Shown here: positions 48,348 to 57,367 of the stretch, one piece after another
How positions within the stretch are numbered: the first letter of the stretch is position 1
Layout: each line of letters starts with the position of its first letter
From: a virus
DNA: 64,000 bases
Strand: one strand, 5' to 3'
Virus record (IMG/VR): IMGVR_UViG_3300029448_000001
Location: 1-64,000 of that record
The notes under the pieces: model-generated
What the model was told of the DNA's origin: nothing
Seen by the model: only the letters and a program-made list of their open reading frames with translations
The model's database searches: none
Made by a program: the position numbers and the translations under genes

Positions 48348-48719
48348 ATGAAAGATGTAGATAAAAAACTTAATCAAATATTAGACATAGATATTCTTCC
48401 AAAAAAGAATGAAATTGTTGTGCCTAAAAATGATGTCGAAGATGATTATGAATATGCTAGAGGAAATTTAAGAGATTTAATAGACCAAGGCAAAGAGACT
48501 TTACATAATTTAACATACTTAGCTAATGAGGGAGAATCTCCTAGAGCATATGAAGTTGTAGGTCAAATGATTAAAACTCTTACAGACACAAATAAAGAAT
48601 TGTTAGATTTAGCAAAAAAGGCAAAAGAACTTAACGGAGAATCTAATCCTACAAACGTAACAAACGCTTTGTTCGTAGGTAGCACAGCAGAGTTACAAAA
48701 ACTACTAAAAGAAAAATGA
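48348..48719 (+). CDS. gp16: Terminase small subunit gp16
   Basis: DDYEYARGNL, ESPRAYEV, NALFVGSTAELQK. Confidence 0.93.
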   Translation: MKDVDKKLNQILDIDILPKKNEIVVPKNDVEDDYEYARGNLRDLIDQGKETLHNLTYLANEGESPRAYEVVGQMIKTLTDTNKELLDLAKKAKELNGESNPTNVTNALFVGSTAELQKLLKEK

Positions 48720-50338
48720 GCGGATATTTAGGAAAATCTACATTAAAGTCGGCTGAAACTACATTACAATATACTAAGGAACAACTTGAAGAATATATAA
48801 AATGTTTAAAAAATCCTGTATATTTTATTGATACTTATTGTAAAATAGTAACGCTTGATAAAGGATTACAACCTTTTAAGTTATATGATTGTCAGATAGA
48901 AAAAATTAAATTAATTCATGAAAATAGAAAAGTTATTCTCATGGAAGGAAGACAGCAAGGTAAAACTACAACTTCGGCCGCATACATTCTTTGGTATACT
49001 ATTTTTCAAGAAAGTAAAACAGTTGCAATATTGGCCAACAAAGCTACGGCGGCCAGAGAAGTTTTAAATAGGTATCAGATAATGTTTGAAAGTTTACCTA
49101 CTTGGTTACAGCAAGGAGTAACTACTTGGAACAAAGGAGATATTTATCTAGAAAATGGGTCTATAGTATTTACATCAGCAACAGCCGCCTCAGGTATTCG
49201 AGGAAAATCTGTAAACATGCTATACGTTGATGAAACTGCAATTATCCCTAATCAAATAGCAGATGATTTCTTCACTTCTGTTTATCCTACAATATCTGCT
49301 GGCGAAACAACTAAAATTTTATTAAGTTCAACTCCTTTGGGGTATAATCATTTTTGGAAATTTTGGAATGATGCTCAAGAAGGTAGAAATGGATTTGTTC
49401 CTTTGTTCATACCTTATACTGAAATACCTGGGAGAAATGAAGAGTGGGCAAATGAGCAACTTAAACTTTTGGGTGAATTAAAATATAATCAAGAAGTATT
49501 GTGTGAGTTTTTAGGTTCAAGTGATACTTTGATAAGACCAGATATAATTAGAAATCAATCGGCATCAACTCCTGTTTGGACAAAAGATAATTTAGATGTA
49601 TATGAAGATGCTCAAAAAGATAGAGCGTATGTTTTGGTCGCAGATACTTCTAGAGGAGTAGGTCAAGATTACTCAGCCTTTATTATATTTGATGCTACAG
49701 AATTGCCTTATAAAATTGTGGCAAAATATAGAAGTAATGAAATAGAACCACTAGTTTTTCCATCAATTATTCAGAAAGCTGGAAAAGAATTTAATAATGC
49801 TTATGTGCTAATTGAGATTAATTCTCATGAACAAGTAGCACAAATTTTATATCATGAATATGAATATGAAAATGTAGTTTTTGTAAATAGAAATACAGAC
49901 GGACAAGTTGTTTCTGGAGGATTTGGCGGAGGAAAGACACAGCTTGGAGTTTATACTGATGTGAAAACAAAAAGAATTGGTTGCTCAAATTTAAAGTCTT
50001 TAATTGAAGAGCAAAAACTAATTATACCTGATGCTGACGTTATATCAGAAATGTCAACTTTTATACGAAAAAGAACTAGTTATGCCGCCGACGACGGATA
50101 TCATGATGATTTAATGATGTGTTTGGTGTTATTTTCTTGGTTATCAACAAATCCGTATTTTAAAGAACTAACAAACGTAGACATAAGAACTGAGTTATAT
50201 CACGACAGAATTAAAAAAATTGAAAGTGAAATGGTACCCTTTGGCATTGTAGATGACGGAATGCATGAACCAGATGCTACTTTTATAGACAATCAGGGTC
50301 AATCATGGCAGACAGCAAACACTTTTGAAAAGTATTGA
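48716..50338 (+). CDS. gp17: Terminase large subunit gp17
   Basis: Walker A RQQGKT, Walker B LYVDE, SSTPLG, nuclease ADTSRG and GYHDDLMMCL. Confidence 0.96.
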   Translation: MSGYLGKSTLKSAETTLQYTKEQLEEYIKCLKNPVYFIDTYCKIVTLDKGLQPFKLYDCQIEKIKLIHENRKVILMEGRQQGKTTTSAAYILWYTIFQESKTVAILANKATAAREVLNRYQIMFESLPTWLQQGVTTWNKGDIYLENGSIVFTSATAASGIRGKSVNMLYVDETAIIPNQIADDFFTSVYPTISAGETTKILLSSTPLGYNHFWKFWNDAQEGRNGFVPLFIPYTEIPGRNEEWANEQLKLLGELKYNQEVLCEFLGSSDTLIRPDIIRNQSASTPVWTKDNLDVYEDAQKDRAYVLVADTSRGVGQDYSAFIIFDATELPYKIVAKYRSNEIEPLVFPSIIQKAGKEFNNAYVLIEINSHEQVAQILYHEYEYENVVFVNRNTDGQVVSGGFGGGKTQLGVYTDVKTKRIGCSNLKSLIEEQKLIIPDADVISEMSTFIRKRTSYAADDGYHDDLMMCLVLFSWLSTNPYFKELTNVDIRTELYHDRIKKIESEMVPFGIVDDGMHEPDATFIDNQGQSWQTANTFEKY

Positions 50339-50341
50339 AAT

Positions 50342-50349
50342 TATAAATA
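50342..50349 (+). promoter_or_regulatory. T4 late promoter TATAAATA
   Basis: Exact consensus upstream of gp18. Confidence 0.82.
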
Positions 50350-50406
50350 AATTGAAAATAATAACAAAGTTCTTAGACAAATATTATTAGGACAAGGAGA
50401 AAATAA

Positions 50407-52311
50407 ATGGCAATCAGTCTCATATCACCTGGAGTAAAGATTACTGAACAAGATTTAGTATCGTCTACTCCTAGTTTAGCAACCACTTCTGGAGGATTCT
50501 CTGGACAGTTCAGATGGGGTCCGATAGATGAATCGACAATAGTAAATAATGAATCAGATTTAGTTGAGCAATTTGGGAAGCCAAATTCAACTAATATAGT
50601 AGATTTTTTGTGTGCGGCTAACTTTTTAGGTTATACTTCACCTCTTTATATGGTTCGTGTTGCAAATACGGCACTTAATTCAACTGCTGAGAATACTACT
50701 GGCGGAGGAGGAGCAGGAACAGGACTTCTCATAAAAAATTCAACAGTTTATACAGAGACTTATCAAGGTGGTTCTGCAAACGTAGGTCCTTGGGCAGGAA
50801 GATTTGCTGGTGCTTTAGGTAATTCACTTAAAGTTTCAACATGTCCTAGTGCGACTGCATTCTCAGCCTCATTAACTGGTACTGTAACTGTAGCTGTAGG
50901 CTCAACAACTGTTGTGGGAAGTGGCACAGATTTCGCTAATAATGTAATTGCAGGAGATGTCGTAGTTGTAAATAACAGGGCAATTAAAGTTTCGGCAGTT
51001 ACAAATGCAACATTCTTGACTTTAGAGTCTGCTCACTTAACAGGAGCATCAGCAGGTAGTAGTGCTGTTCGTAGATGGGAATTTCATAGCGAGTTTAGTG
51101 GAGCACCAGGCACATCAACAGATGCTTCAAATCATAGTGCTTCTGGAGACGAAATGCACGTTGTGGTTATAGACGAAGACGGGCAAATATCTGGAGTACC
51201 TGGAACAGTATTAGAAAAATTTGAAGGTCTTTCAAAAGGTTCAGATGCAAGAGCAGATAACGGAGGTTCAAACTTTTATAAAGATGTTATAAACGAACAA
51301 TCAGAATATATTTGGTGGACAGACCATGATAACTCAGGAACTAATTGGGGAAATACTTTATTAGCTGGAACAACATTTACTTCAGTAACAAGTGTTAAAA
51401 ATTATAGTTTAGCAGGTGGTTCTGATGGAACCACATTAACAAATGGAGATAAAATAGCTGGATATTCTTTACTTGCAAACAAGAGCGAAGTTCCTATTTC
51501 AATAGTTGTAGCAGGAAGTTCCGATGCAACAGTAACAAATACACTTACTGCTGATTTAGGAGAAGCTAGAAAAGATTGTGTTGTTTGTGCATCACCATCT
51601 AGAGCCTCAGTTGTAAATAATGCAGGTTCAGAATTATCTTCTATTGAAAGTTACATAGCAGGATTAACACGTTCAACATATCTTGTAATGGATAGTGGTT
51701 GGAAATATCAATATGACAGATATAATGACGTATATGTTTACGTCCCATTAAACGCTGATACGGCAGGTATCATGGCAAGAAATGATACAAACAGAGACCC
51801 ATGGTTATCGCCTGCTGGATATGTAAATGGTCAAGTACAAAATCTAGTTAAACTTGCATATAATCCTACCTTAGCTGATAGGGATATTCTTTACAAAACA
51901 TCTGTAAATCCTGTAATTACAACAACAGGAAGAGGAACAGTTTTATTTGGTGATAAAACATTCTCTTTGAAAAATACTTCTTTGAACAGAATAAATGTTC
52001 GTAGATTGTTCATTACACTTGAGCAAACTATAGGAGAAGTTGCAGATAATATTTTATTTGAACAAAATGATGCCGCTACTAGATCAAACTTTGTAAATCT
52101 AGTTACGCCATATCTTAGACAAGTTCAAGCAAGAAGAGGAGTAACAGCATTTAGAGTTGTTTGTGATGTATCAAATAATTCTGAATCAGTCGTTAATGCA
52201 AATGAATTTGTTTGTGATATATTTGTTCAACCAGTTCGTTCTATAAACTTTATTCAACTTAATTTTGTTTCTGTACGAGGCACCGCCACATTTACTGAAA
52301 TAGCCGCATAA
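50407..52311 (+). CDS. gp18: Tail sheath protein gp18
   Basis: SPGVKITEQD, FRWGP, DSGWKYQYDRYND, PWLSPAG, RINVRRLF, SINFIQLNFV. Confidence 0.96.
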   Translation: MAISLISPGVKITEQDLVSSTPSLATTSGGFSGQFRWGPIDESTIVNNESDLVEQFGKPNSTNIVDFLCAANFLGYTSPLYMVRVANTALNSTAENTTGGGGAGTGLLIKNSTVYTETYQGGSANVGPWAGRFAGALGNSLKVSTCPSATAFSASLTGTVTVAVGSTTVVGSGTDFANNVIAGDVVVVNNRAIKVSAVTNATFLTLESAHLTGASAGSSAVRRWEFHSEFSGAPGTSTDASNHSASGDEMHVVVIDEDGQISGVPGTVLEKFEGLSKGSDARADNGGSNFYKDVINEQSEYIWWTDHDNSGTNWGNTLLAGTTFTSVTSVKNYSLAGGSDGTTLTNGDKIAGYSLLANKSEVPISIVVAGSSDATVTNTLTADLGEARKDCVVCASPSRASVVNNAGSELSSIESYIAGLTRSTYLVMDSGWKYQYDRYNDVYVYVPLNADTAGIMARNDTNRDPWLSPAGYVNGQVQNLVKLAYNPTLADRDILYKTSVNPVITTTGRGTVLFGDKTFSLKNTSLNRINVRRLFITLEQTIGEVADNILFEQNDAATRSNFVNLVTPYLRQVQARRGVTAFRVVCDVSNNSESVVNANEFVCDIFVQPVRSINFIQLNFVSVRGTATFTEIAA

Positions 52312-52314
52312 ATA
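52307..52314 (+). promoter_or_regulatory. Late promoter CATAAATA
   Basis: Overlaps the gp18 stop, upstream of gp19. Confidence 0.65.
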
Positions 52315-52339
52315 CTGAAACAAACTAAGGAGAAAAGAG

Positions 52340-52888
52340 ATGTCATTTAATGTAAACGATTTTAGAGTAAAACTTGGAACAGGGTCAAGGGGTAATCTTT
52401 TTAAAGTAAAGATTACTCACCCAACTTTAGATTTTAGTAATTTTGATATTCTTTGCAGAGCATCAAGTTTACCTAGTTCCTCTTTAGGTATTGTAGAGGT
52501 TCCAATGGCAGGAGGCAGAAGATTAAAAATAGGTGGCGATAGAGTTTTTGCCGAATGGTCAACAACAGTATTGAATGATGAAAATTTTAGCGTAAGAGGT
52601 GCAATAGAATCTTGGCAAAACACAATTGTAAAGACTAATTATGAATTAGGAGAACTCGGTAACAGAGATATAACAAGTACAAGTGTAACAAATGATGTGC
52701 AAGTATTTCAATTAAATTCTGAAGGATTAGTAATTGATAATTCTGCATATAGACTTGTAAATTGTTTTCCTAGCGATATATCAACGATAGATTTGTCTTA
52801 TGATTCTACTGATACCCTAGAGGAATTCACAGTAACTTGGGTCTACGATTATTATGTCGTCGGTGAAACTGTAGATTCGACAATTTAA
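52340..52888 (+). CDS. gp19: Tail tube protein gp19, paralog A
   Basis: RGNLFKV, LCRASSLP, GRRLKIGGDRVFAEW, FPSDISTIDLSYD..EEFTVTW.YDY. Confidence 0.88.
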   Translation: MSFNVNDFRVKLGTGSRGNLFKVKITHPTLDFSNFDILCRASSLPSSSLGIVEVPMAGGRRLKIGGDRVFAEWSTTVLNDENFSVRGAIESWQNTIVKTNYELGELGNRDITSTSVTNDVQVFQLNSEGLVIDNSAYRLVNCFPSDISTIDLSYDSTDTLEEFTVTWVYDYYVVGETVDSTI

Positions 52889-52898
52889 GGAGATATAA

Positions 52899-53489
52899 AT
52901 GGCTGTAACATTAATTTCAGATTTGAAAAGTGCTATTTCAAATTCTGCACGACCTAATCTATTTGAGTGTGAAATACAGTTTCCTAATTTAGCGGCCGCT
53001 GGAATTTCTTCAGTTGATGCAAATGAATCATTTAAATTTTTATGCAAAGCCGCGGCAATACCATCTATGACTATAGGAGTTGTCGAAATTCCTTTTAGAG
53101 GAAGAAGAGTTAAAGTACCTGGAGATCGTGTATTTGATACTTGGACAGCTACAATAATGGTAGATGAAGAGCATTTTGTAAGAAGATCATTTAAAGAATG
53201 GGTAAACACAATATCAACATTTAACTATGAACAATCAGGAAACAGACCTGTAGGCGGAACTTTAGACGATTATATGGCTGATATTATTATCAGACATTTT
53301 AAGCAAGACGGTTCAACAGCTAGAACATACAAGTTATTTGATGCATTTCCTACAGATGTAGATGCTTTAGATTTATCTTTTGATGCAGGAGATACTTTGA
53401 GCGAATTTGGAGTAACATTTCAATATCACTATCTTACAGCTAAAAGTGGTGTTGATGATGTAACTTCTGATGACGATTTGAGTGCTTAA
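52899..53489 (+). CDS. gp19: Tail tube protein gp19, paralog B
   Basis: ARPNLFE, FLCKAAAIP, PFRGRRVKVPGDRVFDTW, FPTDV..LDLSFD..EFGVTFQY. Confidence 0.88.
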   Translation: MAVTLISDLKSAISNSARPNLFECEIQFPNLAAAGISSVDANESFKFLCKAAAIPSMTIGVVEIPFRGRRVKVPGDRVFDTWTATIMVDEEHFVRRSFKEWVNTISTFNYEQSGNRPVGGTLDDYMADIIIRHFKQDGSTARTYKLFDAFPTDVDALDLSFDAGDTLSEFGVTFQYHYLTAKSGVDDVTSDDDLSA

Positions 53490-53495
53490 AAGTGT

Positions 53496-53503
53496 TATAA
53501 ATA
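53496..53503 (+). promoter_or_regulatory. T4 late promoter TATAAATA
   Basis: Exact consensus between gp19 B and gp20. Confidence 0.75.
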
Positions 53504-53525
53504 AACTTGTAATAGTTTCACAAAG

Positions 53526-53557
53526 AAAAAGGAGAGAACTATTACTCTCCTTTTTTT
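53526..53557 (+). terminator. Rho-independent terminator (probably bidirectional)
   Basis: aaaaaGGAGAG-aactatta-CTCTCC-ttttttt. Confidence 0.75.
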
Positions 53558-53574
53558 ATACATAGGATATTAAT

Positions 53575-55200
53575 ATGGCTATCAAGTTATTCGGTTTTAA
53601 AATAGGAAAAGATGTTCCTGAAGAAGAGTTTAAATCTTTTGTCCCAAAAGATGATGACGACGGCTCAGTTGCTATTGCTTCTGGTGGTGTCTACGGAACA
53701 TATGTAGACCTTGAAGGTTCTTTAAGAACAGATTATCAACTAGTAAATAAGTATCGTGAAATGGCAATGCAACCAGAATGTGATGTTGCAGTAGATGACA
53801 TTGTAAATGAAGCGATAGTTTATGACGAGGAAGGTAAACCTGTAGAAATTGTATTAGAACATTTAAATCAACCTCAAAAAATAAAAAATCTTATTCGTGA
53901 TGAATTTCAATATGTACTTCAACTTTTAGATTTTGGAAATACAGCGTATGATACATTTCGTAGGTGGTATGTTGACGGAAGAATTTACTATCATTTAATT
54001 GTAGATGAAAAAAATCCTAGACTAGGTCTTCAAGAGATTAGATATATTGACCCTAGAAAAATAAGAAAAGTAAAAGTCAATAAAAAACAAAAAGATAAAA
54101 ATACTACTGTACAAATTTATAAAGGTCAAGATGAATATTACGTTTATTCGGACAAAGGATTCTTGCGTGATAATACTCAAGGAATAAAGATTGCACCAGA
54201 TTCAGTCTGTTATGCAAGTTCAGGTCTTTTAGATAAAGACGGTAAAATCGTAATATCTCATTTACATAAAGCAATCAAACCTTTAAATCAATTGAGAATG
54301 TTAGAAGATGCCACAGTCATTTACAGAATATCTAGGGCGCCTGAAAGAAGAATATTTTACATTGACGTAGGAAACTTACCTAAGATAAAAGCAGAACAAT
54401 ATTTGCGTGATGTAATGACAAAGTACAAAAATAAACTTGTCTATGATGCACAAACAGGTGAGATAAGAGATGACAGAAGGTTCCAAACAATGCTTGAAGA
54501 TTTTTGGTTGCCTAGAAGAGAAGGTGGTAGAAGTACAGAAATATCTACCCTTCCTGGCGGTCAAAACTTAGGAGAAATGGAAGATGTATTATATTTTCAA
54601 AAGAAAGTTTACAAAGCACTAAATGTTCCGTCTTCTAGATTAGAACAAGATAATGGGTTTTCTTTAGGAAGAACTTCAGAAATTACAAGAGATGAATTAA
54701 AATTTCAAAAGTTTATTGACAGACTAAGATTAAGATTTACAATTATGTTTGACCAACTCATGGAAACTCAATTAGTTTTAAAAGGTATATGTACAAAAAA
54801 TGAGTGGAATCAAATGAAAGAAAAAATAAATTATGATTTCATTTCAGATACACATTTTACAGAATTAAAAGAATCTGAAATTATGAGAGAAAGATTAGCA
54901 GTTTTAAGTGATGCTGATAATTATGTTGGAAAATATTTTTCTGTTGAATATATTCGTAAGCATGTATTACATCAGAGTGAAGATGAAATGAAACAAATGG
55001 ACCAACAAATGAAAGGTGAAGAACCTTCTGAAGAACCTGCTAAACAATCAGAACCAGAGCCAGAATCTGAACCAGAATCTGAACCCGAGAACAATCCTGA
55101 AGAGAGTAATGCTACTCAACAAATTGAACAAACAAAAGAGTCCACTAAATTAGCGGAATCTATGACAAAATTTTATGACGATATTTTGAAGGAAAAATAA
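53575..55200 (+). CDS. gp20: Portal protein gp20
   Basis: FRRWYVDGR, YIDPRKI, LHKAIKPLNQLRMLEDA.VIYRISRAPERRIFYIDVGNLP, MLEDFWLPRREGG. Confidence 0.97.
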   Translation: MAIKLFGFKIGKDVPEEEFKSFVPKDDDDGSVAIASGGVYGTYVDLEGSLRTDYQLVNKYREMAMQPECDVAVDDIVNEAIVYDEEGKPVEIVLEHLNQPQKIKNLIRDEFQYVLQLLDFGNTAYDTFRRWYVDGRIYYHLIVDEKNPRLGLQEIRYIDPRKIRKVKVNKKQKDKNTTVQIYKGQDEYYVYSDKGFLRDNTQGIKIAPDSVCYASSGLLDKDGKIVISHLHKAIKPLNQLRMLEDATVIYRISRAPERRIFYIDVGNLPKIKAEQYLRDVMTKYKNKLVYDAQTGEIRDDRRFQTMLEDFWLPRREGGRSTEISTLPGGQNLGEMEDVLYFQKKVYKALNVPSSRLEQDNGFSLGRTSEITRDELKFQKFIDRLRLRFTIMFDQLMETQLVLKGICTKNEWNQMKEKINYDFISDTHFTELKESEIMRERLAVLSDADNYVGKYFSVEYIRKHVLHQSEDEMKQMDQQMKGEEPSEEPAKQSEPEPESEPESEPENNPEESNATQQIEQTKESTKLAESMTKFYDDILKEK

Positions 55201-55201
55201 A

Positions 55202-56986
55202 TTGAAAAAGTTCAAGCGTTACTCAAACTTAGTTAAAGAAGACGTTGTAACTAAAGAAAATGACGAACTATCTTTACAAGAGTTAATAGAACAGCTTAAA
55301 AGTAAACCTTTAACTAAAGATTCCATCAAGGAGTCTTTATATCTAGCAACGTCTGTAAAATATACAGATAAAGAAATTTCAACACTAAAAAAATATCTAG
55401 AATCCAAAATCCCCGTAGCAGAAGAACTACAAGGCCCTAGAGGAGTACAAGGTCTTCAAGGAAGTAGAGGTGAAAGAGGAGACCGCGGTCTACAAGGTCT
55501 ACAAGGAATACAAGGAACAAAAGGAGACAAAGGAGAAGCTGGTGACCCAGGTGGTCCAGCAGGTCCTCAAGGAGAAGCAGGTCTGCAAGGTCCAGCAGGT
55601 CCTCAAGGTCAAAAAGGGGAACAAGGAGACAAAGGCGAAAAGGGAGACAAAGGAGATACAGGTTCTCAAGGACTGCCAGGTGTAGATGGAAAAGATGGGC
55701 TTACTGGAGAAAAAGGAGAACGTGGTCAAACAGGAGCAAGAGGACTTAGAGGACTTAGAGGATTAAAAGGATTAACAGGACTTGCAGGTAAAGATGGATT
55801 AGATGGAAAAGATGGAAAAGATGGGCTAAATGGTGAAGACGGAAAAGATGGGGAAAAAGGAGAAAAAGGAGATGTAGGACCAGCAGGACTTCAAGGGGAA
55901 AAAGGTCTTCAAGGAGAAAAAGGAGACAAAGGAGATGCAGGTCAAGATGCTGATTTAACTAAAGCACAAGAAGAATTTTCTAAATTTAAAAAAGTTTTAC
56001 AAAATGATTTAAGTAAATATAAAACTAGAGTGAATGCCCAAATTGCAAGAACTATAGGCGGAGGTAATGCAGGCTCTGGTGAAGTTAATTTAAGATTTTT
56101 AGATGATGTAGATACTACAAACTTAGCTAATAATAAAATTTTAAAATACAATTCAAGCACATCAAAATTTGAGTTTGGTGATGATGCTACAGGAGGTGCA
56201 TCAGTAAATTTAAGTAATCTTATTTTAACTGGAAACGCTACAGTACAACATTTAATACCTTCAGCGAATGTTACTTTTGACTTAGGTTCTCCCACTAGAT
56301 TTTTTAGAGATTTATATTTAAGTGGAAACACTCTTGTATTGGGTGGACAAACTATTTCGATTGGTGCGAATAACGAACTTTCTTTACCTTCAGGAACTAA
56401 GTTTAGAGGAACTGGAGGATTTAAAATTGGCGATCAAACTATTGAGTTAGATCAAAATGGTGCTTTAAAAATGCCTGCTGGCACTAAATTTGGAACTTCA
56501 AATATAAAACCTGAAGACACAGATACAAAAGCACAAGCCGCTAGAGATGAATCGAACACAGTAAATTTATTAGCACAGTCTTCACATGATTTAGCTAACA
56601 CTAATACAGTCTTGGCTCAAGCCGCTAGAGATGAATCGAATACTGTTAATGTATTAGCAACAGCAACAAGAAATGAATCAAATACAGTAAACTTAATTGC
56701 TACAGCGGCCAGAAGCGAATCAAATACTGTGAGTGTTATAGCAACAGCGGCTAGAAACGAGTCTAATACAGTTAATGTATTAGCACAAGCGGCCAGAGAT
56801 GAGTCTAATACTGTGAGTGTTATAGCAACAGCGGCTAGAAACGAGTCTAATACAGTCAACGTAATTGCAACAGCGGCTAGAAATGAATCAAACACAGTTA
56901 GCGTAATTGCACAAGCTGGTAGAGACACAGCTAACACAAGAGTAACAACAGGAAAATCTATCGCAATGGCAATCGTATTCGGATAA
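55202..56986 (+). CDS. Collagen-like fibre protein with 14-aa coiled-coil repeats
   Basis: TTG start; long (G-X-Y)n tract, GSGEVNLRFLDDVD motif, tandem AARxESNTVxxxAx repeats, C-terminal GKSIAMAIVFG docking-like motif. Confidence 0.85.
   Translation: MKKFKRYSNLVKEDVVTKENDELSLQELIEQLKSKPLTKDSIKESLYLATSVKYTDKEISTLKKYLESKIPVAEELQGPRGVQGLQGSRGERGDRGLQGLQGIQGTKGDKGEAGDPGGPAGPQGEAGLQGPAGPQGQKGEQGDKGEKGDKGDTGSQGLPGVDGKDGLTGEKGERGQTGARGLRGLRGLKGLTGLAGKDGLDGKDGKDGLNGEDGKDGEKGEKGDVGPAGLQGEKGLQGEKGDKGDAGQDADLTKAQEEFSKFKKVLQNDLSKYKTRVNAQIARTIGGGNAGSGEVNLRFLDDVDTTNLANNKILKYNSSTSKFEFGDDATGGASVNLSNLILTGNATVQHLIPSANVTFDLGSPTRFFRDLYLSGNTLVLGGQTISIGANNELSLPSGTKFRGTGGFKIGDQTIELDQNGALKMPAGTKFGTSNIKPEDTDTKAQAARDESNTVNLLAQSSHDLANTNTVLAQAARDESNTVNVLATATRNESNTVNLIATAARSESNTVSVIATAARNESNTVNVLAQAARDESNTVSVIATAARNESNTVNVIATAARNESNTVSVIAQAGRDTANTRVTTGKSIAMAIVFG
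55430..55950 (+). repeat. Collagen G-X-Y repeat tract
   Basis: GPRGVQGLQ...GEKGDKGDAG, about 170 aa with one short interruption (GGP). Confidence 0.9.
56530..56936 (+). repeat. Degenerate 42-bp tandem repeat (about 9-10 copies) encoding A(Q/T)AAR(D/N)ESNTV(N/S)(V/L)(I/L)
   Basis: Near-identical units such as aatactgtgagtgttatagcaacagcggctagaaacgagtct recur. Confidence 0.85.
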
Positions 56987-56997
56987 AGGAAAATTAA

Positions 56998-57366
56998 ATG
57001 GCAAACCCAAACATTGTAAATGTAACAAGCATCTTAGGAAAAAATGCATTCTTAGCCTTAACAACAAGTTTTCAAACTATAGTAACGAATGCTAATAGTT
57101 CAGATAAAATTTTAAAAATTAATAGTTTAATTATTAATAATATAGATGGAACTAATGCCGCCTCTGTTAGTTCTGTCATAGCCAATGCTACAAGTTTAGC
57201 ACTTTCAGGTTACTTAGCTAATACAATTAGTGTTCCTGCTGATTCATCATTAGTTTTAATTTCAAAAGATACTTCAATCTATCTTTTAGAAAATCAAGTA
57301 TTAAGATTGAGTGCAAGTGCTAATTCTGATCTTCACGCAACTATATCATACGAAGAAATAAGTTGA
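56998..57366 (+). CDS. Small fibre-adaptor structural protein
   Basis: MANPNIVNVTSILGK...ISVPADSSLVLI.K..IYLLE...ISYEEIS, a type often found after IAMAIVFG-ending fibres. Confidence 0.7.
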   Translation: MANPNIVNVTSILGKNAFLALTTSFQTIVTNANSSDKILKINSLIINNIDGTNAASVSSVIANATSLALSGYLANTISVPADSSLVLISKDTSIYLLENQVLRLSASANSDLHATISYEEIS

Positions 57367-57367
57367 G

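Noticed and set aside
55020-55100. EPEPES repeat at the portal C-terminus
   Set aside because: A low-complexity acidic tail is common on gp20 proteins.
55186-55210. Programmed frameshift fusing the portal to the collagen protein at GGAAAAATAAATTG
   Set aside because: It would need an unusual -2 slip with no visible stimulatory structure; the TTG start has a usable AAGGA SD.
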